Source: an uncultured Dehalococcoidaceae bacterium (GTDB lineage Bacteria; Chloroflexota; Dehalococcoidia; Dehalococcoidales; RBG-16-60-22). From it: a DNA stretch of 62,371 nucleotides. Shown here piece after piece: positions 1 through 10,328 of this stretch. A program made the position numbers and the translations under genes. The notes beneath the pieces were generated by a model. It ran no database searches and was not told the DNA's origin. It was given only the letters and a program-made list of their open reading frames with translations. Location of the stretch: the NCBI GenBank assembly GCA_964615345.1, contig CAZTMR010000004.1, positions 16 through 62,386 of the forward strand, in the 5' to 3' direction. The stretch's first letter is position 1. Each line of letters starts with the position of its first letter.

Positions 1-218
1 GAATTTTACAGCAGTTCACTTTTCAACTTTTCCTAACACATCAACCCATACCGATTTTGCTCTTTCCGGGCCTTTTATTTATCCTGATTTCAGAGGGAAT
101 TCTCTGCCGTAGCACCCTCCCGGAAACAGAGTAGCCCGGCCTGCGGAAAACTGAAAACCGCCCTCCCCTTTCCACCCCCCGATATGCTAAAGTATTTCAT
201 CACCCGGAAAAGGAGAAT

Positions 219-1016
219 ATGACGGAAGAAAACCTGTCCGCGGAGCTAATCAGGCGGAACCTGGGTAATCGCTTTATCGGCCGGGAGGTCCGCTATTATC
301 CCTCCGTTGCTTCCACTATGGACATTGCTCGCCGGGAAGCCCGCCGCGGCGCTCCGGAAGGCACTGCCATTATCGCCGCCGGGCAGACCGCGGGCCGGGG
401 GCGCCTGAAACGGGCCTGGCTCTCTCCGCCCGGCAGCTTATCTCTTTCCCTGATTCTTTACCCGCCCCGGACCGCGCTCCCCTTTCTGGTAATGCTTGCC
501 TCGGTCGCCGTCGTCCGCTGCCTCCGGAAAATAACCGGGCTCAGGGCAGGAATAAAGTGGCCCAATGATGTTCTGGTCAGCCACCGCAAAGTATGCGGCA
601 TCCTCGTCGAAACCGAAATTAATCCGGAGAAGAGGACTTATGCCGTCATCGGCATCGGCATAAACGTTAACGTCAATCTTGCCGACTGTCCGGAAATCGC
701 GCCGGTTGCCACCTCTCTCTCCGCCGAGCTCGGCCGTGAGGTGCCCCGGCTGGATGTTGCCCGCTGTTTGCTCCGGGAAATAGACTCGTTCTACCTTGCC
801 TTGCCGGACGGTAAGCTGATTTCTCAGGAATGGCAGCGCCACCTAGTTACCCTCGGGTGTCGGGTTACCGTTACCGCCGGAGACACCGTCCTGGAAGGTA
901 TTGCCGAATCAGTCGCAGAAGATGGGCGGCTTTTTCTCAGACAGGCGAACGGGAACCTGACGGAGGTTATCGCCGGGGACGTTACTCTCCGGGACTCTCC
1001 GTCAGCCTCTCGCTAG
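219..1016 (+). CDS. birA: biotin--[acetyl-CoA-carboxylase] ligase, no N-terminal HTH
   Basis: QTAGRGR, KWPND, KVCGIL and GIGINV motifs; AAGGAG RBS. Confidence 0.95.
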   Translation: MTEENLSAELIRRNLGNRFIGREVRYYPSVASTMDIARREARRGAPEGTAIIAAGQTAGRGRLKRAWLSPPGSLSLSLILYPPRTALPFLVMLASVAVVRCLRKITGLRAGIKWPNDVLVSHRKVCGILVETEINPEKRTYAVIGIGINVNVNLADCPEIAPVATSLSAELGREVPRLDVARCLLREIDSFYLALPDGKLISQEWQRHLVTLGCRVTVTAGDTVLEGIAESVAEDGRLFLRQANGNLTEVIAGDVTLRDSPSASR

Positions 1017-1039
1017 CTTTGCCTGCCTGTGGCTGCTCT

Positions 1040-1807
1040 TTATTTCAACTGTTTCTTCTCGCCAGCTATGGTCCCGAACGCTTTCAGGAACTCGATAGGC
1101 AGCGGGAAGAGAATGGTGCTGTTCTTCTCCGCTGAAATTTCGGTCAGCGTGGAAAGAAACCGCAGCTGTATCGCCGCTGGCTCCCGGCCGAGAATCGCTG
1201 CCGCCTGCGATAATTTCTCTGATGCTTGCAGTTCACCTTCGGCGTGGATAATCTTGGCGCGGCGCTCGCGTTCCGCCTCTGCCTGTGCCGCCATTGACCG
1301 CTTCATCTCCTCGGCAAGCTCTACTTCCTTGATTTCCACCGTGCTCACCTTTACCCCCCACGGGTCGGTGTGCTCGTCGATTATCTTCTGCAGCATCTGG
1401 TTCAGTTTTTCCCGCTCCGCCAGCAGTTCGTCCAGCTCGGACTGTCCCAGAACGTTCCGCAATGTGGTCTGTGAGATCTGAGAGGTCGCCCGGACATGGT
1501 CGAGCACTTTCACCACTGAGGATTCCGGGTCAACCACCCGGAAATAGATTACCGCGTTCACCCTTACCGTCACGTTATCTTTGGTGATAACTTCCTGGGA
1601 AGGCACGTCCATCGTTACCACCCGCAGATCTACCTTTACCATCCGGTCGATAAACGGGATAATCAGGAACAGCCCGGGACCCCGGGCGCCCACCAGCCGG
1701 CCCAGCCGGAAAATTACTCCTCTCTCGAACTCGGTGACGATTTTTATCGCCATCGGCAGAATCAGGAGCACCAGCAGTACAATAATCCCGATTGCAATTG
1801 GATTCAT
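1040..1807 (-). CDS. SPFH/stomatin-like (slipin) protein
   Basis: N-terminal [28 protein letters not shown]; downstream of nfeD. Confidence 0.95.
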   Translation of the reverse strand: MNPIAIGIIVLLVLLILPMAIKIVTEFERGVIFRLGRLVGARGPGLFLIIPFIDRMVKVDLRVVTMDVPSQEVITKDNVTVRVNAVIYFRVVDPESSVVKVLDHVRATSQISQTTLRNVLGQSELDELLAEREKLNQMLQKIIDEHTDPWGVKVSTVEIKEVELAEEMKRSMAAQAEAERERRAKIIHAEGELQASEKLSQAAAILGREPAAIQLRFLSTLTEISAEKNSTILFPLPIEFLKAFGTIAGEKKQLK

Positions 1808-2166
1808 CTTTCGCCTCCTTTATTATCTTTCTTGGCCACGTACAGTTTCAGCCCTTCGATTCTGTTAATGACCACCTCCTCTCCCGCCTCTATCCGTTCC
1901 CCGTCTGATATTGCTGCCCAGCTCTCCCCCTGGATAAAAACCGTACCCCGGGGCTCAAGAGCGGTAGTGGCTTCAGCAGTGCGCCCTATCAGCTCTTCTT
2001 TGCCCGCCCCCACCTTCCCCCGGTGGGCCCGGACGCTGTAATACGCCGCTATCACCGTAAAAGCCACCAGGATGATAATGGTGATGGTTATTGTCCAGGA
2101 GTCAACGCGAAACCAGTCAGGATTTATCTGAAAATAACGCGTCCAGTCCAGATTTATTTCTCCCAA
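1804..2166 (-). CDS. short NfeD-like protein (TM + C-terminal OB fold)
   Basis: [19 protein letters not shown]; similar to the C-terminus of the adjacent long NfeD. Confidence 0.85.
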   Translation of the reverse strand: MGEINLDWTRYFQINPDWFRVDSWTITITIIILVAFTVIAAYYSVRAHRGKVGAGKEELIGRTAEATTALEPRGTVFIQGESWAAISDGERIEAGEEVVINRIEGLKLYVAKKDNKGGER

Positions 2167-2207
2167 TATTGCCCTCCGTAATCCGGAAGTGTCATCTCAA
2201 CGCCCCC

Positions 2208-3518
2208 TTATTCTTTTTTCACTACCCGCAGTATCAGTCCGTCCATTTCCGTGACCATTACTTCTTCTCCTACCTCTATTCTACCTGAATCAGATATTGC
2301 CTCCCACAGTTCTCCTTTAAAAAACACCGTTCCTTCCGGGTCGAGCTCTTTTCTGACCACGGCTCTCCGCCCGATGATTTCTTCTTTCCCGGTAGTTGCT
2401 TTCCTGCGGTGGGCTCTTATCACCCGGCTGACCACAAAGGCGAAGAGAAGGGCGACGATGGTGGTGACGCTGGCAATCAGCCAGGGGTCTACCCGGAAAA
2501 CCGGGGACGCGCCCTGAAAAAGGATAAGCGAGCCGATTACCAGGGCGGCAACCCCGCCCACCGTAAAGAGACCGAAAGACGTTGTCAGCACCTCACCGAT
2601 AAAGAAGCCGAAAGCCAGCACTACCAGTAGCACCCCGGCGATATTAACCGGAAGCTGTCCCAGTGCGTAGAAGGCGAGTACCCCCGATATGGCGCCCACT
2701 ATACCCGGAAAGATAAGGCCGGGATTAAAAATCTCTATCATGATACCCAGGGAAGCGATACTCAGCAGCAGGAACGCGATGTTCGGGTCGGCAATGGCAT
2801 ACAGGAAACCCTCTATCCCCTTCATCGGCACCTGGTTAATCGGCACTCCGCTGGTCTCCAGCGTCACCGTGCTCCCGTCCAGCAGGGTTACCTCCCGGCC
2901 ATCCAGCTCCGCAATGAGCGTATCCAGGTTGGGAATAACCATCTCCACCACGTTCAGTGATAACGCTTCCTGGGATGTTGCTGATATGCCTTCCCGTACC
3001 GCCTGTTCCGCCCAGTCTGCGTTGCGCCCTCTTGAGCTGGCCAGGTCACGGATATAGGCGATGGAATCATTTATAATTTTTGCCTTCATCTCTTCGGACA
3101 TCTGGGCTTCGCCGTCGCCGCCCAGGCTTACCGGCGTCGCCGCGCCGATGGCCGTATTGGGCGCCATCGCCGCCACGTGAGCGGACAGCGTTATATAGGT
3201 TCCGGCGGAAGCCGCCCGTCCTCCTGAAGGGGCAACGTAGACGATTACCGGTATCCTGGCGTTGACTATCTCCTGGATTATATCGCGCATCGCCGTATCC
3301 AGCCCCCCGGGCGTGTCCATCTGAATGATTACCGCCTGCGCTCCTTCAAACTCCGCGTCCTCTATGCCCCGCGTGATGTAGTCGGTCAGAACCGGGTTTA
3401 TCGTGCCCTTGATTGTAAGCACGTCAATCCGGCTGTGCTCCACCTGCGCTTCCGCCATAAAGCTGCCGGCCAGCAGCAGTATGACTATGAACACCAGCAG
3501 GCGCATCGTTCTCAGCAT
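2208..3518 (-). CDS. nfeD: long NfeD membrane-bound ClpP-class serine protease
   Basis: DTPGG, AASAG, IGAATPV, TM region, OB fold; start moved to ATG 3518 behind GAGGAG. Confidence 0.92.
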   Translation of the reverse strand: MLRTMRLLVFIVILLLAGSFMAEAQVEHSRIDVLTIKGTINPVLTDYITRGIEDAEFEGAQAVIIQMDTPGGLDTAMRDIIQEIVNARIPVIVYVAPSGGRAASAGTYITLSAHVAAMAPNTAIGAATPVSLGGDGEAQMSEEMKAKIINDSIAYIRDLASSRGRNADWAEQAVREGISATSQEALSLNVVEMVIPNLDTLIAELDGREVTLLDGSTVTLETSGVPINQVPMKGIEGFLYAIADPNIAFLLLSIASLGIMIEIFNPGLIFPGIVGAISGVLAFYALGQLPVNIAGVLLVVLAFGFFIGEVLTTSFGLFTVGGVAALVIGSLILFQGASPVFRVDPWLIASVTTIVALLFAFVVSRVIRAHRRKATTGKEEIIGRRAVVRKELDPEGTVFFKGELWEAISDSGRIEVGEEVMVTEMDGLILRVVKKE

Positions 3519-3724
3519 AACAAGTAACTCCTCGATAGGAGAGTGAGTCTCTGCATCTGCATACAATATACTATACTTTTTACATAAGTTAAATAGAACT
3601 CATGGATATTGAGAAAAAGGCAGGAACTGATTCCGCTGGCGGCTACGTATCGCCGGAACGGCCGCCATTTGAAGATGTCCGTCGGATTGGTGTACAATTT
3701 ACCAGCATTTGAGAAAGGTTGATT

Positions 3725-4972
3725 ATGCGTGTGCAGAGATGTAAAGGGATGCGGGACCTGTCTCCAGAGGAGATGAGCCGTTTCCGTCATATTGAAGATA
3801 CTTTTCGGGATAGCTGCCGTGGCTGGGGGTTTCAGGAAGTGCGGACCCCCACCATCGAATATTTGCACCTGTTCACTTCGGTAGGTACGCTCACTCCCGG
3901 CATGCTGGGCAAGGTCTACTCTTTCCTCGATTGGGACGGCTGGAGCGGGGAAAGGGTGGTGCTCCGTCCGGACGGGACCATCCCCATCGCCCGGATGTAC
4001 ATTGATACTATGGGGGGAGAAGGACTGGCGCGCCTGTTCTACGTTACCAGCACTTTTATCTTTGAAGATACCGGGAAAAAGAACCGGGAGAGATGGCAGT
4101 GCGGCACGGAACTTATCGGGGCCGGTTTCCCTCTGGCGGACGCTCACCTGGTACAGCTCGCCCTGGAAGTCCTGCAGAGGCTGGGACTGGGAGAGGTGCG
4201 GCTGCGCCTTTCCCACGCTGGGCTGGTTCGGGAGCTTCTTTCCGTTCTGAACCTGAGTCCGGAAGAGCAGTCGCGTATCTTCGACCAGGTGCTGGATGGT
4301 AACACCCGGGCGCTGAGCCGCGTGATAACGGAAAGGCCGGAGCTGGAGAACATCCTGCTTCCCCTGCTTAATCTGAAGGGAAGGTCATCCGGGTTCTTAA
4401 AAAATATTCGGGCCCTGTCCGCGCAAAGCTTGCCGGAACTCACTCCCCATCTGGACGATTTTATCAGCGTCGTTGAAATCCTGGAAAAGCTCGATTGTAA
4501 GTACCAGGTGGATATCGCCTCCGGGGCCGGTTTTGAATACTATACCGGCATCATCTTCCAGTTCTTTGCCGGCCGGGAGAAGATAGGCGGCGGCGGCCGC
4601 TATGATGGCCTCATTCCGGCTATGGGCGGCGCTGACATTCCCGCCTCTGGCTTTGCTCTCTACGTTGACCGTCTCCTCGACCTTCTGGAGGCGGAAACTG
4701 GCGCTCAACCCGGTGAAAACCGGATTATGGTTCGCGCGGAAGGCAACTCCGCATTCAAAGAAGCGTTTGTCGCCGCCGGGCAGTTACGCCGGGCTGGATA
4801 TATTGCCGAACTGGAACTCGCCCCTGGCGTGCCGTCCGGCTTATCCTGGACTCTCCTCGTCCGCGGCACTGCCCATCCCTTTCTGTTGACCGGGAAAAAC
4901 GGGGCTGTTGAGATTGAAGCCGGGTCGGTCGAAGGCGTACTGTCGGCGCTGGAGAAAGAAAATGCCGGTTAA
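3725..4972 (+). CDS. hisZ: ATP phosphoribosyltransferase regulatory subunit (HisRS paralog)
   Basis: LRPDGT, EYYTG, GGGRYD; directly upstream of and overlapping hisG. Confidence 0.85.
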   Translation: MRVQRCKGMRDLSPEEMSRFRHIEDTFRDSCRGWGFQEVRTPTIEYLHLFTSVGTLTPGMLGKVYSFLDWDGWSGERVVLRPDGTIPIARMYIDTMGGEGLARLFYVTSTFIFEDTGKKNRERWQCGTELIGAGFPLADAHLVQLALEVLQRLGLGEVRLRLSHAGLVRELLSVLNLSPEEQSRIFDQVLDGNTRALSRVITERPELENILLPLLNLKGRSSGFLKNIRALSAQSLPELTPHLDDFISVVEILEKLDCKYQVDIASGAGFEYYTGIIFQFFAGREKIGGGGRYDGLIPAMGGADIPASGFALYVDRLLDLLEAETGAQPGENRIMVRAEGNSAFKEAFVAAGQLRRAGYIAELELAPGVPSGLSWTLLVRGTAHPFLLTGKNGAVEIEAGSVEGVLSALEKENAG

Positions 4973-6428
4973 GATAGCCCTGCCCAAGGGGCGTCTCCTC
5001 GATAAAACGTCTGCCCTGCTCCAGAATGCCGGCTGGGAGCTTGAAGGATACCACACCCGGTCCCGGTTTTATCACATCAGGTCGGGCCGGTTCCCCCGGC
5101 TCGGCGCCAAAGTATTCCATGAAAGAGACATCCCCATCCAGGTGGCGGTGGGGAATTATGACCTCGGTATTTGTGGCCTGGACTGGGTTGAAGAACTGCT
5201 TGCCGGTTTTCCCAGCAGCGCTCTGGTAAAAGTCCAGAACCTGGGCTATGCCGGTGGCAGGCTCTACATGGCGGCCTGCGCCGAATGGGCGGATTCGCTG
5301 GCCGGGACCGGCCGTACCGTGAGTATCGTCAGTGAATACCCGAATCTGGCGGAAAGTTTTGCCCTGCGCCGTCGTTTCGGCCGCTTCCGTATCTTTTCCG
5401 TATGGGGAGGAGCTGAAGTCTATCCCCCGGAGAATGCTGACCTAGCGCTGGTCCGAGCGGACTCGGAAGCGGAAATCCAGAGCATCGGTATGACTCCGGT
5501 CAGTGAAATGCTGGAATACGGCGCTTTCCTTATCGCTAACCGTCACAGCTGGCAATCGAAGAACCTGGGACGTATGGTTGCTTCCATCTGCGAACAGCGC
5601 GAAAGTATTTCTGAGAACGGCAACGGTACCTCGCCAGGTGACGGGCCGGTAACCGTATCCTGCCGCCCGTCTGATTTTGCGGGAAGCCCGGTCCGTCTGG
5701 CGCTGCCGGACGGACACCAGCAGCAGCCGGTAGTGGAACTGCTGCAACGGGCCGGTATTCAGATTACCGACTATCCTTCTCCGGCCGGTAACCGCCGGCC
5801 GGATATCGGCATTGAAGGCGTTTCGGTGAAGGTCATCCGTCCCCAGGATATGCCCCTGCAGGTGGCCAACGGGAACTTTGATATCGCCGTTACCGGCCGG
5901 GACTGGCTCACCGAACACCTTGACCAGTTCCCCTCCAGCCCGGTGCGGGAGCTTGCTGACCTCGGCTTTGGCGGGGTGAGAATCGTGGCCGTCGCCGCGC
6001 AGACAATGCCGGCGGATGACGTTGCCGGCCTGCGCCGTTACTGCGTCGGAAGTGAGAAGCCGATCCGGATAGCTTCGGAATACGTCAATATTGCCGATAA
6101 ATTCGCCCGGGACAACCACCTCGGTCATTACCGTATCGTGCCTACCTGGGGCGCCACGGAAGCCTTTCTTCCGGATGACGCTGACCTCTTGATCGAAAAC
6201 ACCCAGACCGGTAAGACTATCGCCGAGCATGATCTGAAAATTATCGATACCCTTTTCCGGTCCACCGCCTGCCTCATCGGTAATACCGGTATCAAAACCG
6301 GTACCCGCAAGGGGGAGATGGTAGCCTCTATTATAAGCACCCTGCAAAAAGCGGCGGTTAACATAAATTGGAAAACAAGTCAGGAGATTTCTTCCCCTTC
6401 GGGGCTGAAAAAGCAGGTATCTGAGTGA
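4962..6428 (+). CDS. hisG: ATP phosphoribosyltransferase with two tandem HisG-short units
   Basis: IALPKGRL...DIPIQV...DLGICGLD, repeated as LALPDGH...RPQDMP...DIAVTGRD...ENTQTGKT. Confidence 0.88.
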   Translation: MPVKIALPKGRLLDKTSALLQNAGWELEGYHTRSRFYHIRSGRFPRLGAKVFHERDIPIQVAVGNYDLGICGLDWVEELLAGFPSSALVKVQNLGYAGGRLYMAACAEWADSLAGTGRTVSIVSEYPNLAESFALRRRFGRFRIFSVWGGAEVYPPENADLALVRADSEAEIQSIGMTPVSEMLEYGAFLIANRHSWQSKNLGRMVASICEQRESISENGNGTSPGDGPVTVSCRPSDFAGSPVRLALPDGHQQQPVVELLQRAGIQITDYPSPAGNRRPDIGIEGVSVKVIRPQDMPLQVANGNFDIAVTGRDWLTEHLDQFPSSPVRELADLGFGGVRIVAVAAQTMPADDVAGLRRYCVGSEKPIRIASEYVNIADKFARDNHLGHYRIVPTWGATEAFLPDDADLLIENTQTGKTIAEHDLKIIDTLFRSTACLIGNTGIKTGTRKGEMVASIISTLQKAAVNINWKTSQEISSPSGLKKQVSE

Positions 6429-7759
6429 GAATCGTCGAAAGCTTTGCCCGCGCCCGTCCCATCCTGTCCCGGAAAACACCGGACCTTTCCTACCCGGTGT
6501 CTCCCGGGATGGCACGGGGACTGCGAAAGCTGTTTGGTACGGACCACCCCGAACAGGCAGTACGAAGGATTATCGAAGAGGTAAAGGAGAAAGGTGATAC
6601 CGCTCTCTTTGATCTGACTCTCAGAATCGATAGTATCAGACTGAAATCACTGGAAGTCAGCCGGGAAGAAATATCCGCCGCTTATGGCACCGTCCCAGCG
6701 GAGCTGGTCTCGGCGCTCGAAATGGCCGCGGGCAGAATTACCTCCTTCCACGCCGTGCAGAAAACTGCCCTCTGGCAGGAGAACGCTGGGCCGGGCGGTG
6801 GACAGCTGGTCCGTCCGCTGGAGAGAGTAGGCCTCTATGTCCCCGGTGGCACTGCCGCCTATCCTTCCACAGTGCTGATGACCGCCGTACCGGCAAAGGT
6901 CGCTGGTGTGAGTGAAGTAGTGCTGACTACGCCCCCGTCTGCCAGTGGCAAAGTACCGCCGGTAACCCTTATCGCTGCTGATATTGCCGGCGTTGATCGG
7001 GTGTTTTGTGTCGGCGGCGCCCAGGCCATTGCCGCCCTGGCCTATGGTACCGTGTCCATACCGAAGGTAGACAAGATTTGCGGACCGGGCAATATTTTTG
7101 TTACCCTTGCCAAGAAGCTGACCTACGGGACGGTTGACATTGACGGTCTCCAGGGGCCCAGTGAAATTTTGATAATCGCTGACGAGACGGCAAATCCGGA
7201 GTACTGCGCCGCGGACATACTCGCCCAGGCCGAACACGATACTCTCGCCTCGGCCGTGGTTGTCACCACCTCGCCTTCGCTGGCTGAGAACATTATCGGG
7301 CAGGTGGAAACGCGCCTGGTCACACTCGGCAGACGTGATATCGCCCGCGCCGCGCTGGAAAACAACGGGATAATCGCTGTGGTGGACACCCTTGATGAAG
7401 CAATTGACCTGGCCAACCTTTATGCGCCAGAACACCTGTTGCTGCTCGTCGAGGACGCGGCGGATTTCCTGGGTAGAGTAAATAACGCCGGCTGTGTTAT
7501 CTTCGGCAGCGAAGCCACGGTGGCTTTGAGCGACTATGCGGTCGGGCCCAGCCACGTACTGCCTACCGGCGGTACCGCCCGCTTCAGCTCGCCGCTGAGC
7601 GTGCTGGATTTTCTCAAGCTCATCAACACCGCCAACATTGATCGGTCCGGGCTGGAGGAACTGGGACGGGCTGCCTCCCTGATTGCCCGGGCGGAAGGTC
7701 TTGAGGCCCACGCTGCGGCCATAGAAAGACATCTTGCTGCTGGCTCTGCGGGTCATTGA
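6425..7759 (+). CDS. hisD: histidinol dehydrogenase
   Basis: GLYVPGG, GPGNIFV, GPSE, QAEHD, APEHL, SHVLPT. Confidence 0.97.
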   Translation: MRIVESFARARPILSRKTPDLSYPVSPGMARGLRKLFGTDHPEQAVRRIIEEVKEKGDTALFDLTLRIDSIRLKSLEVSREEISAAYGTVPAELVSALEMAAGRITSFHAVQKTALWQENAGPGGGQLVRPLERVGLYVPGGTAAYPSTVLMTAVPAKVAGVSEVVLTTPPSASGKVPPVTLIAADIAGVDRVFCVGGAQAIAALAYGTVSIPKVDKICGPGNIFVTLAKKLTYGTVDIDGLQGPSEILIIADETANPEYCAADILAQAEHDTLASAVVVTTSPSLAENIIGQVETRLVTLGRRDIARAALENNGIIAVVDTLDEAIDLANLYAPEHLLLLVEDAADFLGRVNNAGCVIFGSEATVALSDYAVGPSHVLPTGGTARFSSPLSVLDFLKLINTANIDRSGLEELGRAASLIARAEGLEAHAAAIERHLAAGSAGH

Positions 7760-7832
7760 CTCGCTCATTTGACAGCGGGACGGTAAATCGTACAGAATGG
7801 CACTGAGCCATCGCTGTTTTTTGGAGGAATCG

Positions 7833-8537
7833 ATGAGCATATCACGAAATAGTGCCGCCACAGCGCCTCTGGTGGAGGTAATGACAAAACTCGATATGGA
7901 TATTTTCGGAGCTGCTCGCCTGGCCGACGTAAAAGAGACGAGGTTGAAAGAAGCGGCCGTCCGGTTACTGCCCGGCGTAAAATCGGTGGTGGTGCTGGGA
8001 ATGGAGCTTTACCCGGAAATCCTGGACCTCACTTCACCGGGCCGGACCACCGGCGCTCCGTCTATGAATGACCTTTATAACAACAATACCGATTTTGTCT
8101 CCAGCCGGCTGACCAAGTCAGCTTATGACCTGGCCAGGGCCTCGCGTCGACTGGGGATGAAGTCATTGCCGTTGCCGGCGGCCGGTTGCCCCACGGATGC
8201 CCGTTTTCTGGAAGCGGTTTTTTCCTACAAGCATGCCGGAGAGGCGGCCGGCATGGGGGAAATAGGCTGGCACAGCCTGCTGATAACCCCAGAATTCGGG
8301 CCCAGACTCAGGCTCTCTTGCTGCCTCACCGAAGCGGAGTTTGAACCAACGACCGGCGAAGAAAGCTTGATCGATTGCAAAAGCTGCGGCCTGTGCATTG
8401 AGAACTGCCCATCAGGGGCGTTGCGCGAACCTGCTGACGGCGAAAGCTACGTGATGAATAAATATGCCTGCAGTTCGTACCGTGCTGCGGCCGGTGGCTG
8501 TGTCGAATGCATGAAAGTCTGCCCCAGAGGGCGCTAA
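7833..8537 (+). CDS. QueG/reductive-dehalogenase-like 2x[4Fe-4S] protein, probably cobalamin-binding
   Basis: KHAGEAAGMGEIGWHSLLITPEFGPRLRL, CxxCxxCxxxCP and C...CxxCxxxCP; GGAGG RBS before ATG 7833. Confidence 0.75.
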   Translation: MSISRNSAATAPLVEVMTKLDMDIFGAARLADVKETRLKEAAVRLLPGVKSVVVLGMELYPEILDLTSPGRTTGAPSMNDLYNNNTDFVSSRLTKSAYDLARASRRLGMKSLPLPAAGCPTDARFLEAVFSYKHAGEAAGMGEIGWHSLLITPEFGPRLRLSCCLTEAEFEPTTGEESLIDCKSCGLCIENCPSGALREPADGESYVMNKYACSSYRAAAGGCVECMKVCPRGR

Positions 8538-8637
8538 TCACCGTTTGCCAACCACTGGTTGTCATAGCTGGTTTTACTGCTGTCCGGTAAGCGAGAACAC
8601 CTTTTCCGGGCGCGATTTCATATTCAGGAGGTATTTG

Positions 8638-9744
8638 GTGGCGTTTCAGGAGCTGGACAAACTCATCAGAAGCGAACTGGTTCAATTTCAGGGGTATGCA
8701 GCCGTAAAAGCCCCGGAAACTCTGGAAGACAAGGTTGAGGTGCCTCTGGAAAATATCGTCAAGCTGGACGCCAATGAAAACGTCTACGGGTGTTCTCCGC
8801 GCGTGACTGCGGCGCTGGCGGAATATCCGAACCTGAACGTTTATCCAGACCCGGAACAGACCGAATTGAGAGGCCTGATACAGGGCTACACCGGGGTAGA
8901 TGCTCAGCAAGTGGTGGCCAGCTCCGGGAGTGACCAGCTCATCGACCTGGTAATGAGGCTTTTTATTGAGCCGGGTGATGAAGTGGTAAACTGCGTTCCC
9001 ACTTTTGCCCTTTTCCCTTTTTTTATGGCGTTGACCAGCGGCAAACTGGTGGATGTGCTCCGCGAAGAAGATTTCTCCGTAGATATCGGGAAAGTGAAAG
9101 CGGCCATTACACCCCGGACCAAGCTCATCTTGCTGGCAACACCCAACAATCCCACCGGTACCATCACCCCTCGGCAGGACATTATCGAGCTGCTGGACAC
9201 CGGCCTGCCGGTATTTGTCGACGAGGCGTATTACGAGTTCGGCGGCGAGACGGTGGTTGACCTGATGGAGGAATACCCCAATCTGATGATACTGCGCACG
9301 TTCAGCAAGTGGGCTGGCCTGGCCGGATTGAGGGTCGGTTATGGCCTGTTTCCACCCGGAGTCGCCGCTTACCTGATGCGGATAAAGGAGCCGTACTGTG
9401 TCAATAGCGCCGCGATGATAGCCGTGCGCGAATCGTTCAAGGACATCGACTACCTGAACAAAACGGTGCGGCTGATTATCGAAGAAAGAGAAAAACTCAG
9501 CGCGGAGCTGGCTAAATTCACCTGGATAAAACCGTATCCTTCCAGCGCTAACTTTGTCTACTGTGATATACTGGAAGGCCGGGCGGGTGACTTGCAGGAG
9601 AGGCTGCAGTCAAAGGGAATCCTGATTCGATACTTTGACACGCCGCTGCTGAAAAATAGCATCCGCATCGGTGTGGGAAAACCGGAGCATACCGCGGCCC
9701 TGGTCAGGGCGCTCCGTGAAATCGAGAGTGAGAGAAATGGCTAA
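8638..9744 (+). CDS. hisC: histidinol-phosphate aminotransferase
   Basis: KLDANEN, PNNPTG, DEAY, RTFSK; AGGAGG RBS before TTG 8635/GTG 8638. Confidence 0.95.
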   Translation: MAFQELDKLIRSELVQFQGYAAVKAPETLEDKVEVPLENIVKLDANENVYGCSPRVTAALAEYPNLNVYPDPEQTELRGLIQGYTGVDAQQVVASSGSDQLIDLVMRLFIEPGDEVVNCVPTFALFPFFMALTSGKLVDVLREEDFSVDIGKVKAAITPRTKLILLATPNNPTGTITPRQDIIELLDTGLPVFVDEAYYEFGGETVVDLMEEYPNLMILRTFSKWAGLAGLRVGYGLFPPGVAAYLMRIKEPYCVNSAAMIAVRESFKDIDYLNKTVRLIIEEREKLSAELAKFTWIKPYPSSANFVYCDILEGRAGDLQERLQSKGILIRYFDTPLLKNSIRIGVGKPEHTAALVRALREIESERNG

Positions 9745-10324
9745 CCGGAAATCGGCGGTTGAAAGGGCGACCCGGGAAACGGATATTACTCTTGAGATTG
9801 ATATTGACGGTACCGGGAAGTGGGATATCAGCACCGGCATACAGCTGTTTGACCATCTCCTGTCGCAGATGGCGAAGCACGGTTTGGTTGACATAAAGCT
9901 TAAAGCCACCGGAGACGACCAGCACCATCTGGTTGAGGATGTGGCTATCTGTCTGGGGAAAGCCCTGGCCGAGGCGCTGGGAGAAAAGCGGGGTATTGTC
10001 CGCATGGCTGATGCCGCCGTTCCCATGGATGATGCTCTGGCGATAGTGGCTCTGGACATCAGCGGAAGGGGATACGCCGTGCTGGATATGTCATTCAAGA
10101 AGAACGACATGTTCGGTTTCCCCACCGACCTTGTCCGTCATTTTCTGGAATCTTTTGCCATCGAGGGCAAGCTCAATCTGCACGTCAAGACTCCCTACGG
10201 TTCAAACGACCATCACCGGGCGGAGGCGCTGTTCAAAGCGCTGGGGAAGGCTCTGGGTAATGCCACCCGTCTTGACCCGCGGCTCGGCGGGGAACTGCCC
10301 AGCACCAAAGACAGGCTGGAGTGA
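9737..10324 (+). CDS. hisB: imidazoleglycerol-phosphate dehydratase
   Basis: [28 protein letters not shown]. Confidence 0.96.
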   Translation: MANRKSAVERATRETDITLEIDIDGTGKWDISTGIQLFDHLLSQMAKHGLVDIKLKATGDDQHHLVEDVAICLGKALAEALGEKRGIVRMADAAVPMDDALAIVALDISGRGYAVLDMSFKKNDMFGFPTDLVRHFLESFAIEGKLNLHVKTPYGSNDHHRAEALFKALGKALGNATRLDPRLGGELPSTKDRLE

Positions 10325-10328
10325 CCGC

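Noticed and set aside
5442-7861. Long antisense ORFs (5442-6515, 6647-7861; likewise 43058-44017 and 58382-59434)
   Set aside because: Shadow frames of well-supported genes in GC-rich sequence.
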